DNA of 64,000 nucleotides. It comes from Cyclobacteriaceae bacterium. GTDB taxonomy: Bacteria > Bacteroidota > Bacteroidia > Cytophagales > Cyclobacteriaceae. The DNA lies in the NCBI GenBank assembly GCA_965601455.1, contig OZ271831.1, forward strand, positions 3,816,268-3,880,267. Direction: 5' to 3'. The position numbers were made by a program, and so were the translations under genes. Of the stretch, positions 19,486 to 28,665 are shown piece after piece; within the stretch, counting starts at the first letter, position 1, and the number at the start of each line of letters is the position of its first letter. The notes below the pieces were generated by a model that had not been told where the DNA came from, ran no database searches, and saw only the letters and a program-made list of their open reading frames with translations.

Positions 19486-20229
19486 TTAATGCAAACCCAG
19501 CTGGTCAAGACTCCGCATGAATTGCTCTTTCTTACGCTGTGAAATTCCCACTTCGGCCCCATCAGACATTAAAACCGACCCTCCATCAGATTTTAAAACC
19601 TGGTGAACATGAGTGAGGTTAATCATATGTGATTTATGAATACGAATGAATCCAAAAGGAGATAATAGATCTTCATAGTACCCCATGGTTTTTGAGATAA
19701 TAACTTTCTCCTTTTCGGTATAAAAGATCGTGTAGCTCTGATCCGACTCACAACGGATGATTTCATTGATCTTAAAAATGTAAATCTTGTCTTGCGTTTT
19801 GAGGATCAGCTGTTGATCCTGGTCTTCGGCTGCCAGGTTGGCTTTTAGTGTATCCACCGACACCCGATCATGTGATGAAAGTGTATTTTGTACCTTCTCA
19901 ATCGCCTCTTGTAGTGCACTAAACTTAATGGGCTTGAGTAGGTAATCCACGGCACTAAATTTGAAGGCATTCAAGGCGAATTCCTGGTGCGCAGTGACAA
20001 ATACAATTTTGAAAGAAATTTCATCGAAAAGGTCGAGGAGTTGAAAGGAATTTTGATGTCCAAGTTTGATATCCATCAGGACTAATTCCGGATGAGATTC
20101 CAAAATTGCATCATATGCTGTTTGAACATTCCCTGCCGACCCAACTACTTCTACCGGTAGCTCTTTCAGCATCTCAATCATTCCTGCCAGAACATTTCGC
20201 TCATCCTCAACTACAAATACCTTCATCAT
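19486..20229 (-). CDS. LytTR/AlgR family response regulator
   Basis: It has a receiver domain (VFVVEDE...LVLMDIKL) and a LytTR DNA-binding domain (FIRIHKSHMINLTHV). The ATG at 20229 overlaps the kinase stop (ATGA). Confidence 0.9.
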   Translation of the reverse strand: MMKVFVVEDERNVLAGMIEMLKELPVEVVGSAGNVQTAYDAILESHPELVLMDIKLGHQNSFQLLDLFDEISFKIVFVTAHQEFALNAFKFSAVDYLLKPIKFSALQEAIEKVQNTLSSHDRVSVDTLKANLAAEDQDQQLILKTQDKIYIFKINEIIRCESDQSYTIFYTEKEKVIISKTMGYYEDLLSPFGFIRIHKSHMINLTHVHQVLKSDGGSVLMSDGAEVGISQRKKEQFMRSLDQLGLH

Positions 20230-22142
20230 ACCCACGTAATTAAAGGTAGCTCAAGTGTAACAATTACACCGTCCCCGGTTTTACGGTTTTCTACTGAGAC
20301 ATCTCCTGTCTGTGATTTCCGCCTGAATAGTATGGCTAATCGTTCCTGCGTTATCCGAATGGCTTTTGATCCTTGCTTGTATTCAATTTCATCCTGCAAC
20401 CCTTGGCCGTCATCCATGATCTCGATGATCAGCCTGTTATGCTTATCAGAAAGTTGAACTTTGATGTTGCCCTCGTTTCTTCCCTTGAAACCGTGCTCGT
20501 ACGCATTTTCCACAAAGGGTTGTAGCAGCATAGGAGGAAACTTTACGTTTGATGCGTCTTCCAGTTGATTTTGAATAACGTGGCTGATGTCTGGATAACG
20601 CATTTGTTGCACTTGAAAATACTTTTGCAAGGTTTCCAGTTCTTTTTCCAGTGTAATCCACTCCTGCGACGAGTAATCCAACACATCACGGGTGAGATCA
20701 CTAAATAAGCTTAAATACTCTGCTGCCTGATATTTATCTCCCTGAAATATGAAACTATGTATAGATGACAAAGCATTGAAAAGAAAATGGGGATTCATCT
20801 GTGATCGGAGTAACTGCTGTTCGATCTCTAACCTCTGTTCCGCTAGCTTCAGATTCCTTGACCGGTAATAGACATAGCCGGCTGCACTTGCTGCTAAAAT
20901 CAAAATCAAAGCTGCTATCCAAAAAAGGTTTTGTCTTTCCAATTTCAGATTGTTGATGAGCTGTTCTTTTTCAAGGTTAGTAATCTGCTGTTCCTTTTTC
21001 TCGGCTTCGTATTTGGCTTTCATCTCTTCTATCGTACGCTGTCGACTTTCATTCATGATGCTATCCTCGAGCACCCGAAGCATTTTCAATGTCTCAATGG
21101 CCTCCTGATATTGGTTGTTGTTTTGTTGAACCTCCGCCAAAAGCTCCAGGTAGTAAAGCTGATCCTGTTTCAACCCATAACGTTGAGACATTTGCAGACC
21201 CTCAACCACGATTTCAATAACCCGCTTCGGCCTATCCAATTGCAGATAGCAAAGAGCCAAAAGATAGCGACCTCTTACCTCAATAGTAGTTTGTTGATTA
21301 GATGCAGCCAACTCCAGGCAAGTCTCCAAATTCATGATGGCATCCTGGTAACTATTCACATTATACTCCAGGCTTGCCAGGTTATAGAGAACAAATGGCA
21401 ATCGCCTGTTTTCTCCAGTTTCGTCAGCTATCTCCGCGGCTTCTACCAGTAACTTCCTTGCAGAATCAATCTGATCGAGGTCAAGAAAGCTGGCGGCTAG
21501 GTTGGATCGGTCCAGTATTCTCAGATCATGATTTTTCATCTGATCTGCTAGTACAACAAGATCTTTTTCAATACTCAATGCACTACTGAAATCTTCCAGG
21601 GACGAATAGAGATTTGCCAGGTTTTGTAAAGCTCGATGCTTTCTGACAACGTTCTGTAAGTGATCCGCCAACTCTACCAGTGGCAAGCTAAAATTCATTG
21701 CAGAATCGTACTGGTTGATCCTTCGGTATGATATGGCAATGTTATGAGAGATATCAAAAAGACTTAAGGAGTCGTCGAACCTCCGAAGCATAGTTTTACC
21801 AAGGTTAATGGCCTCCTGGTAACGACTGTTTTTTCTCAAGTAGGTAACCTGAAGCGAGTATATCCGCTGAATCCAAGGATCAGTTGGGGTGCTTACTAAA
21901 GAAGAAGCAAGAGAGTCGATTTTTCTAGAAGCATCCTCTGGTTCAAGTAGATTCCAAGATCTTCCGAGAAAGTATAGCCAACGTGCATCTTCTATGGGGT
22001 TTTGATTGAGAATGCGTTGAATTGATTGAAAATCATTCAGCTGATCGTAGTACTCCAGCGAATCAGCATGCTGACCCTTCCCCAACAAAGGAAACAGTAT
22101 ACCCAGAACGAGTAATAGTATACCTGATCTCTTCAATCGCAT
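20226..22142 (-). CDS. Sensor histidine kinase (LytS/YehU-type His_kinase) with an N-terminal TPR sensor region
   Basis: It has a signal peptide, several TPR-like repeats, one TM (FWIAALILILAASAAGYVYY), an NPHFLFNALSSI H-box and an HATPase_c domain (MDDGQG). Confidence 0.85.
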   Translation of the reverse strand: MRLKRSGILLLVLGILFPLLGKGQHADSLEYYDQLNDFQSIQRILNQNPIEDARWLYFLGRSWNLLEPEDASRKIDSLASSLVSTPTDPWIQRIYSLQVTYLRKNSRYQEAINLGKTMLRRFDDSLSLFDISHNIAISYRRINQYDSAMNFSLPLVELADHLQNVVRKHRALQNLANLYSSLEDFSSALSIEKDLVVLADQMKNHDLRILDRSNLAASFLDLDQIDSARKLLVEAAEIADETGENRRLPFVLYNLASLEYNVNSYQDAIMNLETCLELAASNQQTTIEVRGRYLLALCYLQLDRPKRVIEIVVEGLQMSQRYGLKQDQLYYLELLAEVQQNNNQYQEAIETLKMLRVLEDSIMNESRQRTIEEMKAKYEAEKKEQQITNLEKEQLINNLKLERQNLFWIAALILILAASAAGYVYYRSRNLKLAEQRLEIEQQLLRSQMNPHFLFNALSSIHSFIFQGDKYQAAEYLSLFSDLTRDVLDYSSQEWITLEKELETLQKYFQVQQMRYPDISHVIQNQLEDASNVKFPPMLLQPFVENAYEHGFKGRNEGNIKVQLSDKHNRLIIEIMDDGQGLQDEIEYKQGSKAIRITQERLAILFRRKSQTGDVSVENRKTGDGVIVTLELPLITWV

Positions 22143-22266
22143 AGCGCAAATCAATTCAGTTTCTAGTTAAAACAAAACATCCAGATTTTTGATCGAATAG
22201 AGTTTCTTTAAGTACTTGACAAAGTCAACTACTTTTGATTTTGTTAAATACTAACAGAACCTACTC

Positions 22267-22740
22267 ATGAAGATACCGATCGATGAAATCACCATCCGAT
22301 CTGAAAGAAAAAAGGGAGATATCGGATTTATCACCGTCATGCATTGTCTTCATTACGATTACGGGTTAGAATTTGAAGTATATGTAGCAGAGCTCCTGGC
22401 AAACTTTTATGGATCGATGGACCCATCAAAAGAACGGATTTGGCTGGCGGAGTATAAAAATCAAATCGTAGGCTCGATTGCTTTGAAGAACGCCAACAAT
22501 CAGGCACAACTCAGGTATTTTTTGATCGATCCTGACTTTCGGGGAATGGGTTTGGGCAAACGGATGATGGATATGTTTATGCAGTTCCTGCAGGAGTGCA
22601 ACTATCGTTCTTCCTTCCTACTCACTGAAGCAACCCTCGATACAGCTATTCACCTATATGGAAGCTATGGTTATCGATATGTCTCCTCAAGTACGACGGA
22701 TTTCGGACTGGAGGAAAGGCGCTATGAATTGGAGCTCTAG
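22267..22740 (+). CDS. GNAT family N-acetyltransferase
   Basis: It has the acetyl-CoA binding motif QLRYFLIDPDFRGMGLGKRMM. Confidence 0.8.
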   Translation: MKIPIDEITIRSERKKGDIGFITVMHCLHYDYGLEFEVYVAELLANFYGSMDPSKERIWLAEYKNQIVGSIALKNANNQAQLRYFLIDPDFRGMGLGKRMMDMFMQFLQECNYRSSFLLTEATLDTAIHLYGSYGYRYVSSSTTDFGLEERRYELEL

Positions 22741-22785
22741 AGTGTTTGATGAATCGGAAACAGTCCTAGACATATTGAGAAAACA

Positions 22786-23760
22786 TTAAATCTTCACCTT
22801 GGCAAAATCCTGAACGACCTCCGCGGCAGATTGAATAGCGGTAATATTACCAACTCCTTTACCCGCTTGCCAGAATTTAACTGAATCGTCAAACGCGGTT
22901 TTGCTATAATTTTTGACTCCGCGATTCAGCAAATACATCCGGGCATACTTTTTCAACTTTGGCCGCCTTAACATGAAATTGATTATTGGGCCTGTTTTCA
23001 ACCCACCCCTCATAATATCATCCGTCTTAATTACCGAAGAATTATTACCCACGATTTTATTGGTCCAGACAATATCCTCCTCCTTCGCATCGACAATGGC
23101 TTGCTTATAGCTATCGGTGACTTTGCATTCGTGAGTAGCCAAAAACCTGGTCCCCATTTGGACGCCAGCATACCCCATCTCCAAAACTTTCTTATAGTCC
23201 TCAGTATCACCAACTCCACCCGCGCATATTAGCGGTATGTCAATGTCCCTTAATTCTTCAATAAACTGTTCCGCAGATTGAGCTCCGGTCTGACCACCAG
23301 CTCTCCAATTGATGCAGTTTAAACCATCCACGCCTGCATCGACCATGGCCAGCGCTATCTTCTTATTGGGAACATCATGATATACCCTAATACCATGCTC
23401 CTTTGCTCTTTTTACCACTTCATGCGGTTTACCCAGAGAAGTCAGAAAGAACTTTACATCCTCCTCGATCGCGATTTCCATCCACACTTTCATCTGCTCA
23501 TGGTACTTCTTATTCGCACCTCCGAAAATGGTGAAATTGACTCCAAACGGCTTGTCGGTAAGTCTTTTGATTAATTGCAATCCTTCTCTGAAATCATGGC
23601 CGTATAGCCAGGTCATAGTAACCGGTTGAACCACTCCGAAACCTCCGGCCTCTGAAACTGCGGCTACCAATTCCGGATTAGAACCCGGATACATAGGACC
23701 ACAGACGACAGGAACCGTAGCTCCCGTATCTTTTAGAAATAAGTCAGTTTTTGTTGTCAT
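22786..23760 (-). CDS. Nitronate monooxygenase / NMO-family flavin oxidoreductase (FabK-like)
   Basis: It shows TIM-barrel NMO motifs (PVVCGPM..., GGFGV, AGGVGD..., GVQMGTRF). Confidence 0.85.
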   Translation of the reverse strand: MTTKTDLFLKDTGATVPVVCGPMYPGSNPELVAAVSEAGGFGVVQPVTMTWLYGHDFREGLQLIKRLTDKPFGVNFTIFGGANKKYHEQMKVWMEIAIEEDVKFFLTSLGKPHEVVKRAKEHGIRVYHDVPNKKIALAMVDAGVDGLNCINWRAGGQTGAQSAEQFIEELRDIDIPLICAGGVGDTEDYKKVLEMGYAGVQMGTRFLATHECKVTDSYKQAIVDAKEEDIVWTNKIVGNNSSVIKTDDIMRGGLKTGPIINFMLRRPKLKKYARMYLLNRGVKNYSKTAFDDSVKFWQAGKGVGNITAIQSAAEVVQDFAKVKI

Positions 23761-24249
23761 AATACTCGTGCAGGTAAATTAGTCACAAGAATTCTTATGC
23801 CATGCTATTGACGATGTTTCACCCGCGATAGTCCTCGTTTATAACAGGTCTCTAGGACCGACGTCCAATAGTCCTAGTTCACAACGAGAACTGATTATTC
23901 GCTTGACTCCGATTGATTCCGGTCAAGCTCATCTTAGCTTACCAAAGCTACTTTGCCCTTCTCCTAATTCAATGCCTTAGTCTTTGAAATGAAATCATTT
24001 GATTAATTATTGATCAAAGAAATTATATCATTTGATACATAACGTAATTAATAAGCTTTTTGGTGTTGTTTATTGAGAAATGGAGTCTAAATTAGTTTGT
24101 ATTAATTATAACTGTTTTACTTATAAACAATATAATTATGATGATCAAATTAATTAGGAGGTAAATCTAGCAAACACATTGAGTTTGGTGTCGATTTCTC
24201 TTAAGAGTTGCACCAAGGAAAATGATATTTTAAACAAACCAAAACAACC

Positions 24250-25257
24250 ATGATGTCATTAAAAATCAGATCAATCTCTTTAATCATTTTGGCTTTCTTC
24301 TTTGTAAGCTCCTGTCAGGAGGATGCAATTGTGCCTGATTACACTGTGCTCCTTTCAGAGTCTATGGAATTCGATGACATATTTGAAATGATTGACTATG
24401 TAGAAAGTACAGAAGGTGAAGGGAGTCCTTCAAGTCGTATTGCTTCAAATATTAAATTTAAGTCCTACAATGAGGCCTATTTGGAAGCTTTACAGCAAAT
24501 CATTGAAGCAAAGACAATCGAATCTCATGATGAGCTGCTTGCAAAGTTCAAAGGGTTAGTAATATTAGAAGATAGTATTTACAAGCCCATAGTGCGTAAC
24601 TCTTTCTATGGCTCAATAATGAACCAAGATCGAATTTATTTGTCCTCTGGAATGGCCTATAAGGTTATGGACAACGAATTCATTGTTGAAACTAAGAAGC
24701 AGAATGTCGGTGATTTAATGTCTCTGAATTCAATAGAGAATCTGGATACTGAGAATTTCCGATTGATACAATATGGTGGAACAAGAAGTATTTCTGAATT
24801 AAATGGTGAAAGAGTCTCATCAAGTTGCTCTAATTACATGGAAGCTCAATACACTAAGAACAAAAGTGGCTGCAAAAATGACAGAAGAGTTCTTGTTTCG
24901 GCTGATTTGTATCGGATTGTTTCGGGCAGCTACACCTCTATCTATTCTGAAGTTAAAGTTTGGGGGAGGAAAAAAACTGCAATATTTTGCAATTGGGTAG
25001 ATTATTCGACCACGCTGAAACTTAGAAATGCAACTCATACCGTGACTTACTATGTTGGAACCGCTCCGGTTACCCAATCCCGCTTTTTTTACGATTACCA
25101 AAGTGAGGTGGATGAGCCTTCTGCAATTGGAAGATGGACGGTGCTACCTCCTACAACAGGTACTCCACTCATAATTGGTGAAAAATATGACTATGTACAT
25201 TCTGAAGCTTCCTCACGGGGTGTTGGAGATAACTGGGTGACCTTGCACTGCCCATAA
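24250..25257 (+). CDS. Hypothetical lipoprotein
   Basis: It has a lipobox (FFFVSSC) and no recognised domain. A ~490-bp AT-rich non-coding stretch precedes it. Confidence 0.4.
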   Translation: MMSLKIRSISLIILAFFFVSSCQEDAIVPDYTVLLSESMEFDDIFEMIDYVESTEGEGSPSSRIASNIKFKSYNEAYLEALQQIIEAKTIESHDELLAKFKGLVILEDSIYKPIVRNSFYGSIMNQDRIYLSSGMAYKVMDNEFIVETKKQNVGDLMSLNSIENLDTENFRLIQYGGTRSISELNGERVSSSCSNYMEAQYTKNKSGCKNDRRVLVSADLYRIVSGSYTSIYSEVKVWGRKKTAIFCNWVDYSTTLKLRNATHTVTYYVGTAPVTQSRFFYDYQSEVDEPSAIGRWTVLPPTTGTPLIIGEKYDYVHSEASSRGVGDNWVTLHCP

Positions 25258-25273
25258 TATTGTTTAGGGAGAT

Positions 25274-25303
25274 GCGTTTGCTCAGAAGAGCAAACGCTTT
25301 TTT
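25274..25303 (+). terminator. Rho-independent terminator
   Basis: gcgtttgctc-agaa-gagcaaacgc followed by tttttt. It ends 3 nt before the next ATG. Confidence 0.7.
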
Positions 25304-25305
25304 GT

Positions 25306-25959
25306 ATGTTCAAGTCGCTTACATGTATTTTCGTTTTAATCTGTTTTTTTCTGAACGCCGCACAATGTCAGAATAAATGGAGTTCAGAAAATCCAAAGTG
25401 GGGATACTCAGCAGTGCTCTCAGGCGGTATTTCAAGGTTCCACTTTTTCGATTATCCGCAAGTACCGGATTATAGAACTGTCGAAACAAGGGTTGAAATA
25501 AGAGCCATCAGGCACTTTAAAGTGTTTTCTATTGTGACGGGAATCGGCTATGGTGCCAAATTCAAGAGACCATCGTACTATGACAATAATACGATCACCG
25601 CTAAGTACATTGCAGTGAGCAGGAGAATTGATAATGCAATGAGTTCGTCCAATCAATATACGGTGTTTCTTCCTTTATTGTTGAGAGCTAATTTACGTGC
25701 CAGTAGATTTGGAGTTGAAGGAGGTCTTGTTTTTAGGAATTGGACACAAATAGGTTTATCGCCAGTCATGAGAGAAGAAGTTGGTTTGGCTTTATCTTTT
25801 AAATCAAGGTTGACCAACAAAGTGTATCTGAATATTGATTTTTTTCGTGGATTAACACACAGCAATGTTATTCCAGCAGGACAGGTCACTATTAGTAGTA
25901 ATCAAAATCCCAGTCGTGTTAATGAATATTTTCAATTTTCCATTGAGAAGAATTTTTGA
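25306..25959 (+). CDS. Putative outer-membrane beta-barrel protein
   Basis: It has a signal peptide and alternating hydrophobic beta-strand patterns ending in an aromatic residue (QFSIEKNF). Confidence 0.45.
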   Translation: MFKSLTCIFVLICFFLNAAQCQNKWSSENPKWGYSAVLSGGISRFHFFDYPQVPDYRTVETRVEIRAIRHFKVFSIVTGIGYGAKFKRPSYYDNNTITAKYIAVSRRIDNAMSSSNQYTVFLPLLLRANLRASRFGVEGGLVFRNWTQIGLSPVMREEVGLALSFKSRLTNKVYLNIDFFRGLTHSNVIPAGQVTISSNQNPSRVNEYFQFSIEKNF

Positions 25960-26231
25960 CATATAGTGATCAAGTTTAGATGAGAACAAAGATCAGTTAG
26001 ACGTAATTTAAGTCCTTCTCAGCCCTCTCCACCTCCCAATGGTAGTTCCCAAGCTGGGAGGGAGATCTTTGGAAAAACCGGATGGGACCTAATTCAAAAG
26101 CTCATAATATGACCCAATTGACACACTAGGTACAACTTTGGTACAAATTTTTGGAGGTTGTTGATGGTATTTCACGAAATGGGAGATTCCCTCTAACAGG
26201 TATAAAGTACACTTCGAGGGTAGAAAGCAAT

Positions 26232-26263
26232 AAAAAAGCCTGATTTTCCATCAAAACCAGGCT
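26232..26263 (-). terminator. Rho-independent terminator downstream of tRNA-Lys
   Basis: The minus strand has an 11-bp stem (agcctggtttt / aaaatcaggct, one mismatch) followed by tttttt. Confidence 0.7.
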
Positions 26264-26270
26264 TCATTCG

Positions 26271-26343
26271 TGATTCGACTGGGGCTCGAACCCAGGACCC
26301 TCTCCTTAAAAGGGAGATGCTCTACCAGCTGAGCTATCGAATC
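26271..26343 (-). tRNA. tRNA-Lys (anticodon UUU), 73 nt, CCA not encoded
   Basis: I folded the cloverleaf by hand. Acceptor stem GATTCGA/TCGAATC; D-stem GCTC/GAGC; anticodon stem TCTCC/GGAGA with loop CT-TTT-AA; T-arm CTGGG-TTCGAGC-CCCAG; discriminator A. Confidence 0.95.
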
Positions 26344-26437
26344 TAACCATTTAACAATTTTTATGCGGAGAATTGAATACCCTTCGCTAAAATTGAGGTG
26401 CAAAACTAGCGGTATCCGACACAATTTCAAAAAAGAA

Positions 26438-27133
26438 ATGAAGGTATTCTACTCACTATTATTTTCGGCCCTCATTTTCCCCTGTATTGCACAACCCATT
26501 TCCGAAGGAGATTCTCTTTTCTCTTCCGCACAATATACCCAGGCGATTGAAATATACGAAAGCATTTACCAGGAAGGTAAGGCCTCCCCGGCCATGCTAC
26601 TACGAATGGCGTTCATTGAAGAAGGACTGGATAACTATGCTACCGCACTCTATTATCTAAATCAGTATTATCAATTGACGGCTAATCGTGAGGTGTTGGA
26701 TAAAATGAGGGAAATTGCTGAAGACCAGGGACTGAGGGGCTACGAATATTCCGACTCAGAATTCTTTCGAAACATCATCCTAAGGTACAAAATGCTAATA
26801 CTTTCGAGTTTATCAGGCATCGCTTTGGGTTTGCTGATTTATATCCTTTACCTACGTCAAAAGAAATCACTGTCAATACAACCGCTGATCTTACAGTTTG
26901 TAATTGTCTTACTCATTGTACTGGTGACCAATAACTTTTTTACGGCCTCCAAAGCGATTATTAGTCAGAACCAGACTATCCTTATGAGTGGTCCTTCAGG
27001 TGGGTCCGAACCCATTGAAGTATTGGAGAGAGGACACAAAGTTTCTATCATGGAAGTCGACGAGGTATGGGTAAAAATCACCTGGTCTGACATTGAGGGT
27101 TATGTTCGCAAGAATCGTTTGATGTCCATATAG
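26438..27133 (+). CDS. TPR repeat / TM / SH3b-like domain protein
   Basis: The ATG at 26438 gives a signal peptide (MKVFYSLLFSALIFPCIAQ). TPR-like helices and two TM segments follow. The C-terminus is SH3-like (VWVKITWSDIEGYVRKNRL). The track start at 26363 would abut the tRNA. Confidence 0.55.
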   Translation: MKVFYSLLFSALIFPCIAQPISEGDSLFSSAQYTQAIEIYESIYQEGKASPAMLLRMAFIEEGLDNYATALYYLNQYYQLTANREVLDKMREIAEDQGLRGYEYSDSEFFRNIILRYKMLILSSLSGIALGLLIYILYLRQKKSLSIQPLILQFVIVLLIVLVTNNFFTASKAIISQNQTILMSGPSGGSEPIEVLERGHKVSIMEVDEVWVKITWSDIEGYVRKNRLMSI

Positions 27134-27149
27134 CCCTACCTTTGTATTC

Positions 27150-28547
27150 ATGAAAAAAGGGGAAGTAATTGAGCAACTCACATTAGATTCCATTTCCTCC
27201 GATGGAAGAGCCGTGGGCCGTATTGAAGGTCGAGTGGTGTTTGTGAAAGGAGCCGTTCCGGGCGACGTAGCTAAAGTCAAGATCACTGGAAAGGAAAAGC
27301 GCTTCCTGGTTGGATATGCTGAGGAAATTCTGACTCCTTCGGAGAACAGGATTGAACCGGTTTGTCAGCATTTTGGCACTTGCGGGGGATGTAAATGGCA
27401 GTCCTTAAGCTATGAAGCCCAACTCGAACAGAAAGCTTCTCATGTTAGAAGTAACCTGGAAAAAATCTCGGGAATGGATCTTCCGGAATTAGAACCCATT
27501 CTAGGAAGTGATGAGACTTACTTTTATCGAAACAAGCTGGAGTTCACCTTCAGTAACAATAGGTGGCTTACCAGAGAAGAAATTGAATCGGGTGGAACAT
27601 TCGAAAAGAATGCTCTGGGGTTTCATGTGCCTCGAATGTTTGATAAAATCCTCGAGATTGATACGTGCCATCTGCAAGAAGATCCATCAAATGAGATCAG
27701 AAACAAATTAAAGGAGTTTGCCTTACGGGAAAAGCTCACATTCTACGACATCCGAAATCATCACGGGCTGCTTCGAAATGTGATCATCCGAACCACCCGC
27801 CTGGGTGAAACCATGATCCTCATGCAGTTTGGGGAAAACAACAAAGAAGGGATCAATACGGTCATGCAATTTCTGGTTGATTCCTTTCCGAACGTTACGT
27901 CCTTCATGTACATCGTGAACACCAAGAAAAACGACTCCTACCAGGATCTCCCTGTCCATCCGTTTTTTGGTGAAGATTTTATCAAGGAAAAACTAGGGGG
28001 CCTGACCTATCGAATCGGACCAAAGTCCTTCTTTCAAACTAATTCTAAGCAAGCTGAAAAACTATATGAAAAGGTGAGAGAGCTTGCGAATATTCAGTCG
28101 GGAGAAGTTATATACGATCTATACACCGGAACTGGCACTATTGCCAACTACATGGCAGATACCGCCGAGAAGGTAATCGGTATCGAGTATGTTGAAGACG
28201 CAGTAGTGGATGCACGAATGAATGCTCAGGAAAATGGAATTACTAATACTGAGTTTCATGCCGGGGATATGAAAGACATTCTTTCAGATGATTTTATTGC
28301 CAGGAATGGAAAGCCGGATGTAATTATTACGGATCCACCTCGAGCTGGTATGCACAAGGATGTTGTTGAAGTTATTCTGTCCGCCCAACCCAACCGAATA
28401 GTTTACGTCAGTTGTAACCCGGCGACCCAAGCCAGAGACCTGGAATTAATGAAGGATTCGTATGAGGTGCAAGTCATACAACCGGTAGATATGTTTCCAC
28501 AAACCAGTCATGTGGAATGCGTGGCACTGTTGAAGTTGAGAAAATAA
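27150..28547 (+). CDS. rlmD: 23S rRNA (uracil-C5)-methyltransferase RlmD/RumA family
   Basis: It has a TRAM domain, the Fe-S cysteines CQHFGTCGGCKWQ, a SAM-binding motif (DLYTGTGTI) and the catalytic region (YVSCNPAT). Confidence 0.9.
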   Translation: MKKGEVIEQLTLDSISSDGRAVGRIEGRVVFVKGAVPGDVAKVKITGKEKRFLVGYAEEILTPSENRIEPVCQHFGTCGGCKWQSLSYEAQLEQKASHVRSNLEKISGMDLPELEPILGSDETYFYRNKLEFTFSNNRWLTREEIESGGTFEKNALGFHVPRMFDKILEIDTCHLQEDPSNEIRNKLKEFALREKLTFYDIRNHHGLLRNVIIRTTRLGETMILMQFGENNKEGINTVMQFLVDSFPNVTSFMYIVNTKKNDSYQDLPVHPFFGEDFIKEKLGGLTYRIGPKSFFQTNSKQAEKLYEKVRELANIQSGEVIYDLYTGTGTIANYMADTAEKVIGIEYVEDAVVDARMNAQENGITNTEFHAGDMKDILSDDFIARNGKPDVIITDPPRAGMHKDVVEVILSAQPNRIVYVSCNPATQARDLELMKDSYEVQVIQPVDMFPQTSHVECVALLKLRK

Positions 28548-28665
28548 TTCACCTGCGTAGCTCAGGACTAAAATACACACGGGCCCATAGATTGACTTTC
28601 AAGACAAATGGCAAACTTTATTGAATCCTGATTAACATTCTGTCGCTAATCCCTGTTAAGGAAAC

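Noticed and set aside
20931-21452. 173-aa plus-strand ORF inside the histidine kinase gene. Similar antisense ORFs occur at 29034-29456, 44417-44773, 46105-46368, 55148-55579 and 55745-56116.
   Set aside because: All lie antisense within longer genes that have clear family motifs. Their translations are low-complexity (Leu/Ser/Phe-rich) shadows of the opposite strand.
23891-23916. ctgattattcgcttgactccgattgatt resembles the tRNA-Lys 3' end (tgattcgactgggg), considered as a possible distal att repeat.
   Set aside because: The match needs several indels and covers fewer than 10 contiguous nt.
26129-26146. ggtacaa-cttt-ggtacaa short tandem motif in the non-coding stretch next to tRNA-Lys, considered as a possible integrase-gene or arm-site remnant.
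   Set aside because: It is only 7 bp x2. There is no flanking ORF with recombinase similarity and no matching tRNA 3' repeat, so it cannot be distinguished from chance.
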